A stretch of 35,182 nt of DNA from Candidatus Hydrogenedentota bacterium (lineage in GTDB: Bacteria > Hydrogenedentota > Hydrogenedentia > Hydrogenedentales > SLHB01). The position numbers and the translations under genes are program-made. This document shows, piece by piece, positions 16,446 to 26,516 of the stretch. The stretch spans positions 1-35,182 of the forward strand of contig BTWA01000048.1 in the NCBI GenBank assembly GCA_045863295.1. Direction: 5' to 3'. The notes beneath the pieces are model-generated. The model was not told the origin of the DNA and did not search any database. It saw only the letters and a program-made list of their open reading frames with translations. Within the stretch, counting starts at the first letter, position 1. Every line of letters starts with the position of its first letter.

Positions 16446-18617
16446 TCATTCTCCCGGCCGGTACTCCCGTTCGAGATGTGCGCGAATATCCGATTCGCTT
16501 ATCCAGACGTCGCGCAATTCCCGCCTGGCAAAGAGGGGGGTCTGGTCTGCATAGTGGGGGGATTCAGGATGCATCGTCGCGGAGCCATACTGATGGATCG
16601 TCTTTGAAGTGACCCGGCCGTCTTTGTCCCAGAAAGCAAGCAACACGTAACTGTCGCCGCCTTTGCCTTCGACGATGCCGTCCTCAATGCTCAGCAATTC
16701 GCCGTCCACCATGTGAAGGCTGTAGACGGCGTGCAACGTGTCCGCGCCGCCGCCGATAGGCAGATTCTGGCTGCCGCGTGCAATTCGGTTGAATGACCCA
16801 TACGGCACATCCAACCGGCCATGTGTTGCCTTCAAAACCGGCGCATATTTTGCCATATTCGCATGCATCTGTTCCAGCGATTTCGCCTTGATCCCGCCGT
16901 CGGAATCGGGTTGGAGTGCCAGCATGGCAATGGCCGCGGACGGATTGTCGATATCCGTCTGAAGATTCCACTGGCGAATCACTTCAATGGATTCCCTTAC
17001 CAATGGGTCATCAGGGGCGGGGGCGCTGGACAACTCCTGTATCGCCGTGGCCACTGCAGACTGATCCGAATAGCGCATGTCGTATTTGTAGGCAATAAAT
17101 TCCTCGGGTGTAATTGATGCGTCTGCCCCAAAAAGCTCCATGGCCCTCGTCGCACGATTGGTCATTAAGGTTTCGATGCCAAAGGTGGCGGAGAATTCCG
17201 ATTCCAGCGGATTGCCCTCGCCGGTTGTGGTTTGAAAAGGACTGCTGTTGCAATTCTGGATAAAACCCGAAGGAGGATTAACCACTTTAGGCAATCGATC
17301 GAACGGCAGAAACTCGGTCCACAATGTTTCCGATGTGTTGCCCGGCAAGTACTCGTTCCAGTCGTACAATTCACTGCGCAAGGGCAACTTCGCATTGTAC
17401 AGGTACAGGATATTTCCATCCTTATCCGCGTATCCGCAGTTGAACGATGCAATGGCTTGCATGCGCATGGCGTCCATCCATTCCTTCATGGTGGTCGCCT
17501 TATCCATGCGAAACCACTGTTCCACTTGTCGTATATCGTCCATCGCCGCGTGCCGGATGGCGTATACGCCGTGTTCGGTGCGGACGGCCGGCCCATACAC
17601 GCACCACAACACCTCACGCTTTACGGTCCACGAAAAGGGTCCCCACAACTTCACTTTCAGACGGGCTGTGCCTATTTCGAAATCGCGCCACTCGCCGTCG
17701 AATTGGTATTGGTTTGAATTGTCGGGATTGACGTCGAGAACATATACATCCACCAGATCCGGGCTGTTCACAGTATGTGCCCAACCCAGGTGCCGATTGT
17801 GTCCGTGCAGAATCACCGGCGATCCGGGAAACGTGCCGCCCACGATGTCCCAACCTTCGTCACTTACAAGATGAGCCTCATACCAAGCTACCGGGCCATC
17901 CCAAGGCTGATGCGAGTTGATGTTGAGGTAGGTGCCGCCGTCGGAGGAACGGGTAGGTCCAACAGCAAACATATTGGACCCAATGGGAACGCCCTCGGTC
18001 AGCCAATCTTCGGCCCCGGGAACGGGATTCGTCGATTGCGCGGTCCGCTTTTGGGAGACAGGGCGCTTTCGCTCTTTACCCATAAGTTCCTGGACACGCC
18101 TTTCCAACCCGAAGAAGAAGGGAGACTTGAAGTAGAAACCGGCCACCACGTCTTGGCCGGTGTAGGGCAGCACACCTCGATGCACTTCGCTTGGATGCAG
18201 TGCGGCATAGTGATTAACCCCTGCCGCATACGCCTCGCACACGCGCCGTACTTCGGGGCTGATATCGGATTCGTACTTGGCATTTACGGTTTCCTGTACG
18301 CGCAATAAATTCACAAGGAAATCCACCGGGGCCGATTCCTTGCCCTTCAACGTGGCCAACCGGCCGCGGGTCATGAGCAAGGCCTCCTGGATCGTGGCGT
18401 AGTCGTCTTCGGAATGCGCAAAACCGAGTCCATAGGCGACATCCGCATCGGTCTTGCCGTAGATGTGCGGAACGCCCCATGTGTCGCGCAGTACGCGTAC
18501 ATTGTATTGCATGCCCTGATCGATATAGAGGCTTGTGTTGACTCGGGTTTGACATGCCCAGAACAGGCCGCCGCCAATCAGGCACGCGGCCACCGGCACG
18601 AGTATCCATTTTCGCAT
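16446..18617 (-). CDS. Penicillin/cephalosporin/AHL acylase family Ntn-hydrolase (peptidase S45)
   Basis: RDTWGVPHIYG...GLGFAHSED alpha-subunit, GSNMFAV beta-subunit start (Ser nucleophile), WYEAHL, and QNCNS. GGAGG RBS precedes ATG 18617, followed by a signal/TM segment. Confidence 0.9.
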   Translation of the reverse strand: MRKWILVPVAACLIGGGLFWACQTRVNTSLYIDQGMQYNVRVLRDTWGVPHIYGKTDADVAYGLGFAHSEDDYATIQEALLMTRGRLATLKGKESAPVDFLVNLLRVQETVNAKYESDISPEVRRVCEAYAAGVNHYAALHPSEVHRGVLPYTGQDVVAGFYFKSPFFFGLERRVQELMGKERKRPVSQKRTAQSTNPVPGAEDWLTEGVPIGSNMFAVGPTRSSDGGTYLNINSHQPWDGPVAWYEAHLVSDEGWDIVGGTFPGSPVILHGHNRHLGWAHTVNSPDLVDVYVLDVNPDNSNQYQFDGEWRDFEIGTARLKVKLWGPFSWTVKREVLWCVYGPAVRTEHGVYAIRHAAMDDIRQVEQWFRMDKATTMKEWMDAMRMQAIASFNCGYADKDGNILYLYNAKLPLRSELYDWNEYLPGNTSETLWTEFLPFDRLPKVVNPPSGFIQNCNSSPFQTTTGEGNPLESEFSATFGIETLMTNRATRAMELFGADASITPEEFIAYKYDMRYSDQSAVATAIQELSSAPAPDDPLVRESIEVIRQWNLQTDIDNPSAAIAMLALQPDSDGGIKAKSLEQMHANMAKYAPVLKATHGRLDVPYGSFNRIARGSQNLPIGGGADTLHAVYSLHMVDGELLSIEDGIVEGKGGDSYVLLAFWDKDGRVTSKTIHQYGSATMHPESPHYADQTPLFARRELRDVWISESDIRAHLEREYRPGE

Positions 18618-18678
18618 TGGGATCCCTCCCCTGGACCTTGGAATGAAGTGCCTATGCTGGCAGCATACGGCCATGGAG

Positions 18679-20760
18679 TCAACCCATCCGGTTTTTCGCT
18701 CTTCGTGGCGGACGTTTCCCGGGTTTGGGCTTGGGTGGGTCGACTCTTGCCTGTACCATATCGCATGCGGCGTGGATGCGCCGGTTGAGCAGATCCTCCG
18801 GAATTTCGCTGAGGAAGCGGCTGCATTTGGTCATTCGGGTACGTCCGTTTCGCGTGCGGGAAAGGGCCTCGAACAGCGTCACATGCCGCTTCCCTCGCGT
18901 CAACGCCACATAAAACAGACGGCGCTCTTCCTCGAGTTGTGGTCCGATGCTGTTCTTGTCATGCGGAATCGATCCTTCCTCGCAACCCGCAATAAACACA
19001 AAAGGGAATTCAAGCCCCTTGGCGCTGTGCACGGTCATCAGGCTCACACCCTGTTGGCGACGTTCCTGTTTGGTCATGCCCAAGTCATCATTGGCGAGGG
19101 AACTCTGATCCAGAAATCCGCCTAGAGTCGGTTTCGCCGCGGACTGCTCGTAGGCGGCGACGGCGTTTACAACGGCTTCCACATTGCTCCAACGGCTCTG
19201 GGCCTGTTCCGGCGATTTGGATGTTCGAATGATTTCATCCCGGTAATTTACAGAGTGAACTAAATCGGTCACCAGATCGCTCAGTTTTGAATTGTTCTCG
19301 CGAAAACGGTTTCGAAAGGTGGAAATCAAGCCAACGAACTGCCGCAGGCCGGGCGCGGCTTGCGGCGTAATCACGTCTCGTTGTATCGACTCCTGCATGG
19401 CCTTGGTGAAGCCGATGCCCTCCTGCCGGCAGACGTCGTGAATAAGCTGGAGCGTTGCATCGCCCACACCTCGCCGGGGTACGTTAATCACGCGAAGACA
19501 GGCCGGTTCGTCGCGAGGATTGGAGATGACTTTCAGATACGAAACCACATCTTTGACCTCGGCTCGGTCAAAGAATTCTCTTCCCCCATAGACAGCGTAG
19601 GGTATGTTTGACTGACGGAAGGCGATTTCGAAGGGCCTGGACTGAAGATTGGATCGATAGAGCACGGCAAAGTCGTGGTAGTCCGCCCCGGCCTTGCCGC
19701 GAATGTACTCCATCCATGCAATGAGTTGCCGGGCTTCGTCCTCCTCATCGCCGACTACAATGTGATCGATAGTCCGGCCTCTACCTAAAGTACTCCAAAG
19801 CTTCTTGGGACGGCGTTCCTTGTTGTTGGCGATAACCGCGTTCGCGGCACTAAGAATGATTTCCGTCGATCGATAGTTCTGCTCCAGCCGGATTACTTTT
19901 GCCTCCGGAAAATCCCGTTCGTAGTCCAGGATATTCCGGATCGAGGCGCCTCTCCACGAATAGATGGCCTGATCATCGTCGCCGACAACACAGAGATTCC
20001 GGTGCTTGGACACCAGCGTCTTGGTGAGATCGTATTGCACCCGGTTGGTGTCTTGATACTCATCCACCATAACGTACTTGAACCGGTCTTGATAATGGAC
20101 GGCCGCTTCCGGATGTTCCCGGAAGAGCCGTAGAGTCAACAGAAGAAGATCGTCGAAATCGACCGTGTTGGCCGCACGGAGCGCAGACTGATACTGCTCA
20201 TAGATCGCGGGAAGCCACGTACGGTACTTGGCTTCGGTTTCAGATTCCTCGGGTTTCGTGGTGCCTTCGCGTTCCAGCACGTCGGGGTCCACCACACCGC
20301 TCTTGACCAGGCTTATCTGTTCCAGAAATGTGGAAACGCTAAAAGTCTCTTTGATGCCATCCATATCGTGCAATACGCGCCTGACCAACGTGCGTGTGTC
20401 GCTTTCCGAGGAGATAGTGAAGTTCTTGCGGTATCCCAGTCGTTCAATTTCTTCACGCAATACACGCACGCAGAACGAATGAAACGTAGACAAGGCGATT
20501 CTCTTGGCGCGTTCCTTGCCCACTAGGGCGGCCACACGTTCGCGCATCTCCTCCGCGGCTTTGTTGGTGAACGTAACAGCGAGAATCTGTTCCGGCGCGG
20601 CAAGTCTTTCGGAGAGAATGTGCGCAATCCTTCGGGTGATAACGCTGGTCTTGCCCGATCCGGCACCGGCGAGGACCAGAACGGGCCCCTCCGTGGATAC
20701 GACCGCATCCAATTGTTGCGGATTCAAATTGGCCAGAATGGAATGCGAATGACTGCTCAT
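18679..20760 (-). CDS. SF1 DNA helicase, UvrD/Rep/PcrA family
   Basis: LNPQQ, VLAGAGSGKT, TFTNKAA, VDEYQDTN, VGDDDQAIYSWRGA, LEQNYRS, HSAKGLEF and EERRLFYVALTR. Start moved to ATG 20760. Confidence 0.95.
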   Translation of the reverse strand: MSSHSHSILANLNPQQLDAVVSTEGPVLVLAGAGSGKTSVITRRIAHILSERLAAPEQILAVTFTNKAAEEMRERVAALVGKERAKRIALSTFHSFCVRVLREEIERLGYRKNFTISSESDTRTLVRRVLHDMDGIKETFSVSTFLEQISLVKSGVVDPDVLEREGTTKPEESETEAKYRTWLPAIYEQYQSALRAANTVDFDDLLLLTLRLFREHPEAAVHYQDRFKYVMVDEYQDTNRVQYDLTKTLVSKHRNLCVVGDDDQAIYSWRGASIRNILDYERDFPEAKVIRLEQNYRSTEIILSAANAVIANNKERRPKKLWSTLGRGRTIDHIVVGDEEDEARQLIAWMEYIRGKAGADYHDFAVLYRSNLQSRPFEIAFRQSNIPYAVYGGREFFDRAEVKDVVSYLKVISNPRDEPACLRVINVPRRGVGDATLQLIHDVCRQEGIGFTKAMQESIQRDVITPQAAPGLRQFVGLISTFRNRFRENNSKLSDLVTDLVHSVNYRDEIIRTSKSPEQAQSRWSNVEAVVNAVAAYEQSAAKPTLGGFLDQSSLANDDLGMTKQERRQQGVSLMTVHSAKGLEFPFVFIAGCEEGSIPHDKNSIGPQLEEERRLFYVALTRGKRHVTLFEALSRTRNGRTRMTKCSRFLSEIPEDLLNRRIHAACDMVQARVDPPKPKPGKRPPRRAKNRMG

Positions 20761-20944
20761 GCACTGCCTCAAGGGATCTTGGGAAATCGAAAGGCCGGGA
20801 TTGTAACAAGGCCAGCGTTCGCATGCCAGCGTGGAGGTATTCTTGAATGGGTCGTCATCCCATTGCGAACGGTTGCCGACATGTGAAATCATGCCCTCCG
20901 CGTTCCTATACGGGCATTTAGAGATAACAGCAGGAGATCCGGCG

Positions 20945-22120
20945 ATGAGACGGCGTGAATTCCTAACGGCGGCAGCCTTGGCAGGGGCAATGACGGCAGG
21001 TCCATGGGTGCAGGCGCAGCCCGCAAAAAAATACAAGGCATGCATCATTGGCGATACAAACGACGGCGGATACGGCCACAGCATGAATCTGGCCTTTGCC
21101 CTGCGGGAGGATGTTGCCGTTGTGGGATTGGCCGACCCCGACGAGGCCGGGAGAACCAAGATGGCGGCCGAATGCGGCGCGGAACGCACCTACAGTGACT
21201 ATAGGGAGATGCTGGAAAAGGAAAAGCCGGATCTCGTGGCCGTTGGACCGCGCACTCCTGGACGACACAAGGAATACCTGTTGGCGTGTGCTGCCGCGGG
21301 CGCGCACGGCTTCATGGAAAAGCCAATCAGCGTGGATGTTGCCGAGGCAGACGAGATGATTGCGGCCATCGATGCGAAGAAACTGAAATGGGCGATCGCA
21401 TTTAACATGCGCGTCATTCCTCCCATGGAGCATCTCCGCAAAGCATTGCATCAGGATCGGATCATTGGAAGCCTGCTAGAAGCGCGGGGCCGGGGCAAGG
21501 AAGACGGGCGCGCGGGAGGCGAAGATCTGATTGTACTCGGAACCCATATTCTCGACTTGATGCGCTATTTTCTTGGAAATCCAGAGTGGTGTTTTGCGGA
21601 TTTCACCACCAACGGAAAAGCGTCGACGCCGGCAGACATCAAGGAAGCAAGCGAGCCGCTAGGACCGATTGTCGGGAACCGTATGCACGCGGTATACGGA
21701 TTCCCGGTTGGCGTAGGCGGTCATTTCAGTTCAATGGCGTCGAAGGACGGTGGCGGTGGCAGGTGGGGTCTGGATCTCTATGGCACACAAGGAATCGTAT
21801 CCATTCGCACGGAGGCCGAACCGGTCATAAAGTACACCAAAGACCCCCGGTGGTCTGCCGGAATTTCAGGTGCTGCCTGGGAACCCGTACCCGGGATGCC
21901 CGAATTCAAGATTACCGACCAGGCGACAGAGAGGCACAAGTACATTGTGGCAGATCTGATTGCCGCCATCGAAGCCGATCGCCCGCCGGTGTCGAGTCTT
22001 GCCGACGGCCGTGCTTCGCTGGAGATGATTCAGGCGGCATTCGAATCGCAGGTCAGCGGCGCCAAGGCCGCCATTCCTCTGGTGAAAAGGGATCATCCTC
22101 TGAAGCGCTGGAAGGCGTAG
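20945..22120 (+). CDS. Tat-exported Gfo/Idh/MocA-family oxidoreductase
   Basis: AGGAG RBS, twin-arginine signal MRRREFLTAAALAG, Rossmann region, EKP motif (FMEKPIS) and G-H-LD. Confidence 0.88.
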   Translation: MRRREFLTAAALAGAMTAGPWVQAQPAKKYKACIIGDTNDGGYGHSMNLAFALREDVAVVGLADPDEAGRTKMAAECGAERTYSDYREMLEKEKPDLVAVGPRTPGRHKEYLLACAAAGAHGFMEKPISVDVAEADEMIAAIDAKKLKWAIAFNMRVIPPMEHLRKALHQDRIIGSLLEARGRGKEDGRAGGEDLIVLGTHILDLMRYFLGNPEWCFADFTTNGKASTPADIKEASEPLGPIVGNRMHAVYGFPVGVGGHFSSMASKDGGGGRWGLDLYGTQGIVSIRTEAEPVIKYTKDPRWSAGISGAAWEPVPGMPEFKITDQATERHKYIVADLIAAIEADRPPVSSLADGRASLEMIQAAFESQVSGAKAAIPLVKRDHPLKRWKA

Positions 22121-22139
22121 AAAATTACGAGTCCATTGG

Positions 22140-22185
22140 TTCAGGCCGCGCAGGCGATCGCGAGAAATCGCTTGTGCGGCCTGGA
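22140..22185 (+). terminator. 19-bp intergenic RNA hairpin (terminator, stabiliser or REP-like)
   Basis: TTCAGGCCGCGCAGGCGAT, 8-nt loop, ATCGCTTGTGCGGCCTGGA. All three non-Watson-Crick pairs are G-U on the + transcript. Confidence 0.55.
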
Positions 22186-22300
22186 TTGTGTCTGTGCGGC
22201 CGTTGCGCCGATCCCGCCGATTGTCTCGCGCCTCCTCTGTGGTTTATTGTGAGTCCCTCTGGTCAGGGCTGTCATTCATCGTAAATCGGGCGAGGGAACC

Positions 22301-25288
22301 ATGAATCGATCGACAGGCTTATTCCGTTTTGTTTTGATGGTTGGATTGACAATGCAAGCGATTGGCGCATTTGCGCAAAAGGAACCCGCGGAATCGCTCG
22401 CGCTCATGAAGCCGGCCGAAGGCCTCGAAGTAACACTCTTTGCCTCCGAGCCGGATCTGTACAACCCTACCATGATTGATGTGGATGCCTACGGACGGGT
22501 CTGGGTTTGCGAGGCGGTCAACTACAGACTTTTCAATCAGCCCATAACGTCCGACAAGGGCGATCGAATTCGTGTGCTCGAAGATACCAATTACGACGGC
22601 ATATGCGACAAGGCAACGACCTTCTATCAAGATCCAACGCTACAGGCTCCCATGGGAATCGCCGTGTTGGGCGATCGGGTGTACGTATGCCAGTCCCCCG
22701 ACCTTTTCTACCTTCGCGACACCGACGGCGACGGCGTTGCGGACGAGCGCAAAGTGATTCTTACAGGATTTGACGGTGTCGATCACGACCACGCGATTCA
22801 TGGTGTGAGCTTTGGGCCCGATGGTTTGCTGTATTTCAGCGTCGGCGATCGCGGGCTGAACGTGACGGACAGCCTGGGCAACAACGTTCACGCAGGCCAA
22901 AACGCGCCGGTGCAGGCCGCTACAATTCTGCGCACGGATCTTGAAGGAAAACGCATAGAACTTCTTGCCCAGAACATGCGCAATCCCTACGAGCCCGTAG
23001 TGAATCCGTGGGGCACTGTTTTTATTTCCGACAACGACGACGATGGCAATGAGCAGACCCGTATCAACTACATCATGGAAGGCGGCAACTACGGCTATTG
23101 GCCGCGTCGAAAGGGCGATCGTCGCTTGGATGCCGTGCACTGGAACGAAGATCGCCCCGGTACAGTACCCAAGATGGTACGTACCGGCTTTGGATCACCC
23201 TGCGGGCTGATGTACTACGAAGGCGCGTTGTTGCCCGAGAAGTGGCGCAACACATTGATTCACGCGGAAGCCGGACCCGGTGTTGTCCGTTCGTACCCGT
23301 ACAAGGCCTTGGGCGCCGGATTCAGCAGTGAAATCGATGTGATGCTCTCGTGTCCCGACGATAGTTGGTTTCGGCCGGTTGACGTGTGTGCCGCGCCGGA
23401 TGGATCCATATTCGTTGCGGATTGGTATGACCCGGGCGTAGGCGGGCATCGCATGGCGGATGTCATCAAGGGGCGTATTTACCGCATTGCTCCAAAAGGC
23501 AGCCGCTATTCCACTCGCCCGTTCGATATCAATTCATTCAAGGATGGATTGGACGTGTTCTCGAGTCCCAACCAGGCGAGAAGGTATCTCGCCTACAAGA
23601 AATTCGAAGACAGCATGGCCAAGGGCGATACCACGGTGCTGGAAAAAGCCCACGGCTCACGCAATATGGCCGTCAAAGCGAGGGGCTTATGGCTGTTCAG
23701 CCGATACGGAGAGCGAGGTAAGAAGGCGCTGCTGGACGCGAGCAAACACGAAGACGTACGCCTTCGTACGGAATCCGTTCGAATACTGGCGTCGCGCGAA
23801 CTGAATGCACTGCACGAAGCACCCTGGCTGTTGGACGATGCCGATCCGGCGGTGCGGCGGCAAGTACTGGTTGAACTGGCACGGATGGAAGACAAAGCGC
23901 CTTGGACATTTGAGTGGGCGCTTGCGCTGGCGGAAAAGTACGACGGGGAAGATCGCTTCTATCGCGAGGCCTTGGGCCTCGCGTTCAAGGGCAGGGAGGC
24001 CGAGGCATATACGGTATTGATTGAGGGCCTTGGCACCGTCTGGGATAGCCGTTCCGCTGGAATTACCGTTCAACTGCACCCGGTCGAAGCGTTGCCGCGC
24101 GCCGTTGCCGCGGCCCAGGATGCGTCGTTGCCAATCGAATTGCGTAAGCTGGCCCTGCAAGCAATCGATGCGATAGGCACAGAAGCAGCAGGTGAGGCTT
24201 TGTTTGCCGCTGCCGGCGATCCGGCGCTGCAGGGGCAAGCGCTGTGGCTACTTGGTTTTGACGAAGGCTCCAACTGGCAGACCACTTTGGTAAAGCCCGA
24301 ACTGGATGTGGTACTGAAAACGGCCCTGGAATCCAACGCGAACCGGCAGGCTGCGTGGGATTTCGTCTTGAGTACGAAGCGGCCCGGTTACTTATCGCTC
24401 TTTCTTGAGGCTGCCACACAGGCCGGCGGTGATCTGCCGACGCGCCTGCGCGCTCTGGAGGCCGTTCAGCGGGTTGCCGCACAAGAAGGTCTTGCACTGG
24501 AGGCGGTGGTGCCACTCTTAAACGATCCCGAAGAGAAGGTTCAGAGCGCCGCGGTAAATCTCATGCACGCCCTCAATACGAACGAATCCCGGTCCGCGAT
24601 TCAGGCCGTGTTGATCGATACATCCAAGCCCGTTGGAGTGCGGCGGTCCGGTGTCCGCGCCTTGTCAGGCAACAAGTCGGGTTCGCTTCTCTTGCTGGAT
24701 CTTGCGGAACAGGGACAGTTGCCCCAAGACCTTGTCATCGATGTTCGTGAAGCCACTCATAGCAGCCCATTTGAAGACATTAGGCTCATGGCGGAACAGA
24801 TTCTGCCGCGAGAGGTCACCGCGGAAGGGCAGGTGCTTCCCCCTTTGAAAGAACTAACCGCAATGGCGGGCAACCCCGAACAGGGCCGCTCCGTATTCTT
24901 CGACGCGGAAAAAGCCCAATGCAACCGCTGCCACCGGATTGGTGAAGAAGGTACGGAAGTTGGCCCCAATTTAACGTTAATTGGACAGAAACTCGGTAAA
25001 GATGGCCTATTCGAATCGATTCTGAATCCCAGCGCGGCCGTTTCCCATGAATATGTCGTTTGGCTGTTTGAAACGGAAGTCGACGGTTACCTGAGCGGCT
25101 TTATCCGGAGCGAGACGCCCGAGTCAATTCAGTTGGTGGACGCCGCGGGCGCCGTCACATCCATCAATCCGGCCACCGTTATTGATCGCCGTCAGACCAA
25201 TACGTCGCTGATGCCCACGGGACTGCCCGCAACAATGAGCGCGCAAGACCTGGTCAATCTTGTTGCCTATTTGTCCACGCTGAAGTAA
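22301..25288 (+). CDS. PVC-type heme-binding CxxCH protein (beta-propeller dehydrogenase-like domain + HEAT repeats + cytochrome c)
   Basis: Signal peptide, LFASEP..NPT.IDVDAYGRVWV, DTDGDG, RNPYE and FRPVD..PDGSIFVADWYD, then HEAT-like repeats, CNRCH, VGPNLT and SLMP. Confidence 0.88.
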   Translation: MNRSTGLFRFVLMVGLTMQAIGAFAQKEPAESLALMKPAEGLEVTLFASEPDLYNPTMIDVDAYGRVWVCEAVNYRLFNQPITSDKGDRIRVLEDTNYDGICDKATTFYQDPTLQAPMGIAVLGDRVYVCQSPDLFYLRDTDGDGVADERKVILTGFDGVDHDHAIHGVSFGPDGLLYFSVGDRGLNVTDSLGNNVHAGQNAPVQAATILRTDLEGKRIELLAQNMRNPYEPVVNPWGTVFISDNDDDGNEQTRINYIMEGGNYGYWPRRKGDRRLDAVHWNEDRPGTVPKMVRTGFGSPCGLMYYEGALLPEKWRNTLIHAEAGPGVVRSYPYKALGAGFSSEIDVMLSCPDDSWFRPVDVCAAPDGSIFVADWYDPGVGGHRMADVIKGRIYRIAPKGSRYSTRPFDINSFKDGLDVFSSPNQARRYLAYKKFEDSMAKGDTTVLEKAHGSRNMAVKARGLWLFSRYGERGKKALLDASKHEDVRLRTESVRILASRELNALHEAPWLLDDADPAVRRQVLVELARMEDKAPWTFEWALALAEKYDGEDRFYREALGLAFKGREAEAYTVLIEGLGTVWDSRSAGITVQLHPVEALPRAVAAAQDASLPIELRKLALQAIDAIGTEAAGEALFAAAGDPALQGQALWLLGFDEGSNWQTTLVKPELDVVLKTALESNANRQAAWDFVLSTKRPGYLSLFLEAATQAGGDLPTRLRALEAVQRVAAQEGLALEAVVPLLNDPEEKVQSAAVNLMHALNTNESRSAIQAVLIDTSKPVGVRRSGVRALSGNKSGSLLLLDLAEQGQLPQDLVIDVREATHSSPFEDIRLMAEQILPREVTAEGQVLPPLKELTAMAGNPEQGRSVFFDAEKAQCNRCHRIGEEGTEVGPNLTLIGQKLGKDGLFESILNPSAAVSHEYVVWLFETEVDGYLSGFIRSETPESIQLVDAAGAVTSINPATVIDRRQTNTSLMPTGLPATMSAQDLVNLVAYLSTLK

Positions 25289-25304
25289 CAAGGGGAGAGG
25301 TGTC

Positions 25305-26498
25305 ATGTCGCGTTTTTACCTGGGTTGCCTGATGGCAATGAGTGCCGGTGTCCGGTTGCACGCCGAAGTCGTGTTCAAGGAACACGTGATAAACTCCGAA
25401 GCCGGAACCGGACTTGCCATTGCAGCGGCCGACATCAACCACGACGGAGAATTGGATATCGTCGGCGTCAGTGCCGATGACATAGCCTGGTATGAGAATC
25501 CCACATGGAAAAGGCACCTCATAGCGAATACGATAAAGAATTCAAATGTATGCGTTGCGCCGCACGATCTCGACGGGGACGGCATCCCGGAACTGGCCCT
25601 TGGCGCGGACTGGCAGTTCAACAACACAAAGAGTGGCGGCTCTCTTTTTCTTCTCAAATCCGGCACGGAGGTGCGAAGCCCTTGGCGCGTCATTCCTTTG
25701 CTGGAAGTGGAACCAACACTGCATCGAATCCGTTGGGCCGATACCGACGGAGACGGCGCGCCCGAACTAATTGTGGCCCCGTTGAAAGGAAGAAACTCCA
25801 CGCCGCCCTACTTTCAGGATACGGCGGCCAGGCTGTTCTTGTTGCGGCCGCCGGCGGATCTGTTGGAGCCGCTTTCGTGGAAAGAAGAAATGATCAGCGA
25901 TGATTATTTGCATGTGGTGCACAACATCGTCGCAAACAGCGAGGCCGGCGCCGCGTCGGACGTCATTCTCACCGCGTCGTACGAGGGCGTTACAAAGTTT
26001 CAACGGGATAATTCCGGGAACTGGTCGCATAACAACGTGGTAACCGGCAATCCAGAACAACTTCCCAATATCGGCACGGGCGAAATCAAGGTGAGTGAAA
26101 ATCGTGGAGGTATGATCTTGACCGTCGAGCCGTGGCACGGAACCAACGCCGTTGTCTACGACGCGGGCCAGCCTCGAAAGCGGTACGTCATCGATGACGC
26201 CTTGGCCGGTGGACACGCCGTGGCATGGGCGGATTTCGACGGCGATGGAAACGACGAAGCCATGGTCGGCTTTCGCGAGAAGGCAGGGCCAAAGGCTCTG
26301 CCAGGTCTCAATGTCTATTGGATCGCCGATGCCGGGGTGGATGGGCTGTCGTTCACCAAGCAGATAGTCGATGAGGGCGGCATGGCGACAGAAGATGCCG
26401 TCGTTGCAGACTTCACCGGGGACGGAAAGCCGGATATCGCGGCCTTTGGTAGAGCAACACACAACATTAAACTGTACGAAAACACCGGCCGCAAGTAG
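25305..26498 (+). CDS. Exported FG-GAP/VCBS-repeat beta-propeller protein
   Basis: Signal peptide and repeated D-x-[DN]-x-DG motifs (ADINHDGELDIV, DLDGDG, DTDGDG, DFDGDG, DFTGDG), plus LHRIRW, HVVH and EPWHG. Confidence 0.8.
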   Translation: MSRFYLGCLMAMSAGVRLHAEVVFKEHVINSEAGTGLAIAAADINHDGELDIVGVSADDIAWYENPTWKRHLIANTIKNSNVCVAPHDLDGDGIPELALGADWQFNNTKSGGSLFLLKSGTEVRSPWRVIPLLEVEPTLHRIRWADTDGDGAPELIVAPLKGRNSTPPYFQDTAARLFLLRPPADLLEPLSWKEEMISDDYLHVVHNIVANSEAGAASDVILTASYEGVTKFQRDNSGNWSHNNVVTGNPEQLPNIGTGEIKVSENRGGMILTVEPWHGTNAVVYDAGQPRKRYVIDDALAGGHAVAWADFDGDGNDEAMVGFREKAGPKALPGLNVYWIADAGVDGLSFTKQIVDEGGMATEDAVVADFTGDGKPDIAAFGRATHNIKLYENTGRK

Positions 26499-26516
26499 TC
26501 TGAGTGCGTTCCTACA

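Noticed and set aside
20761..21189. Apparent overlap of the helicase and oxidoreductase ORFs
   Set aside because: It is an artefact of longest-ORF calling. The probable starts are 20760 (-) and 20945 (+), leaving a normal divergent spacer.
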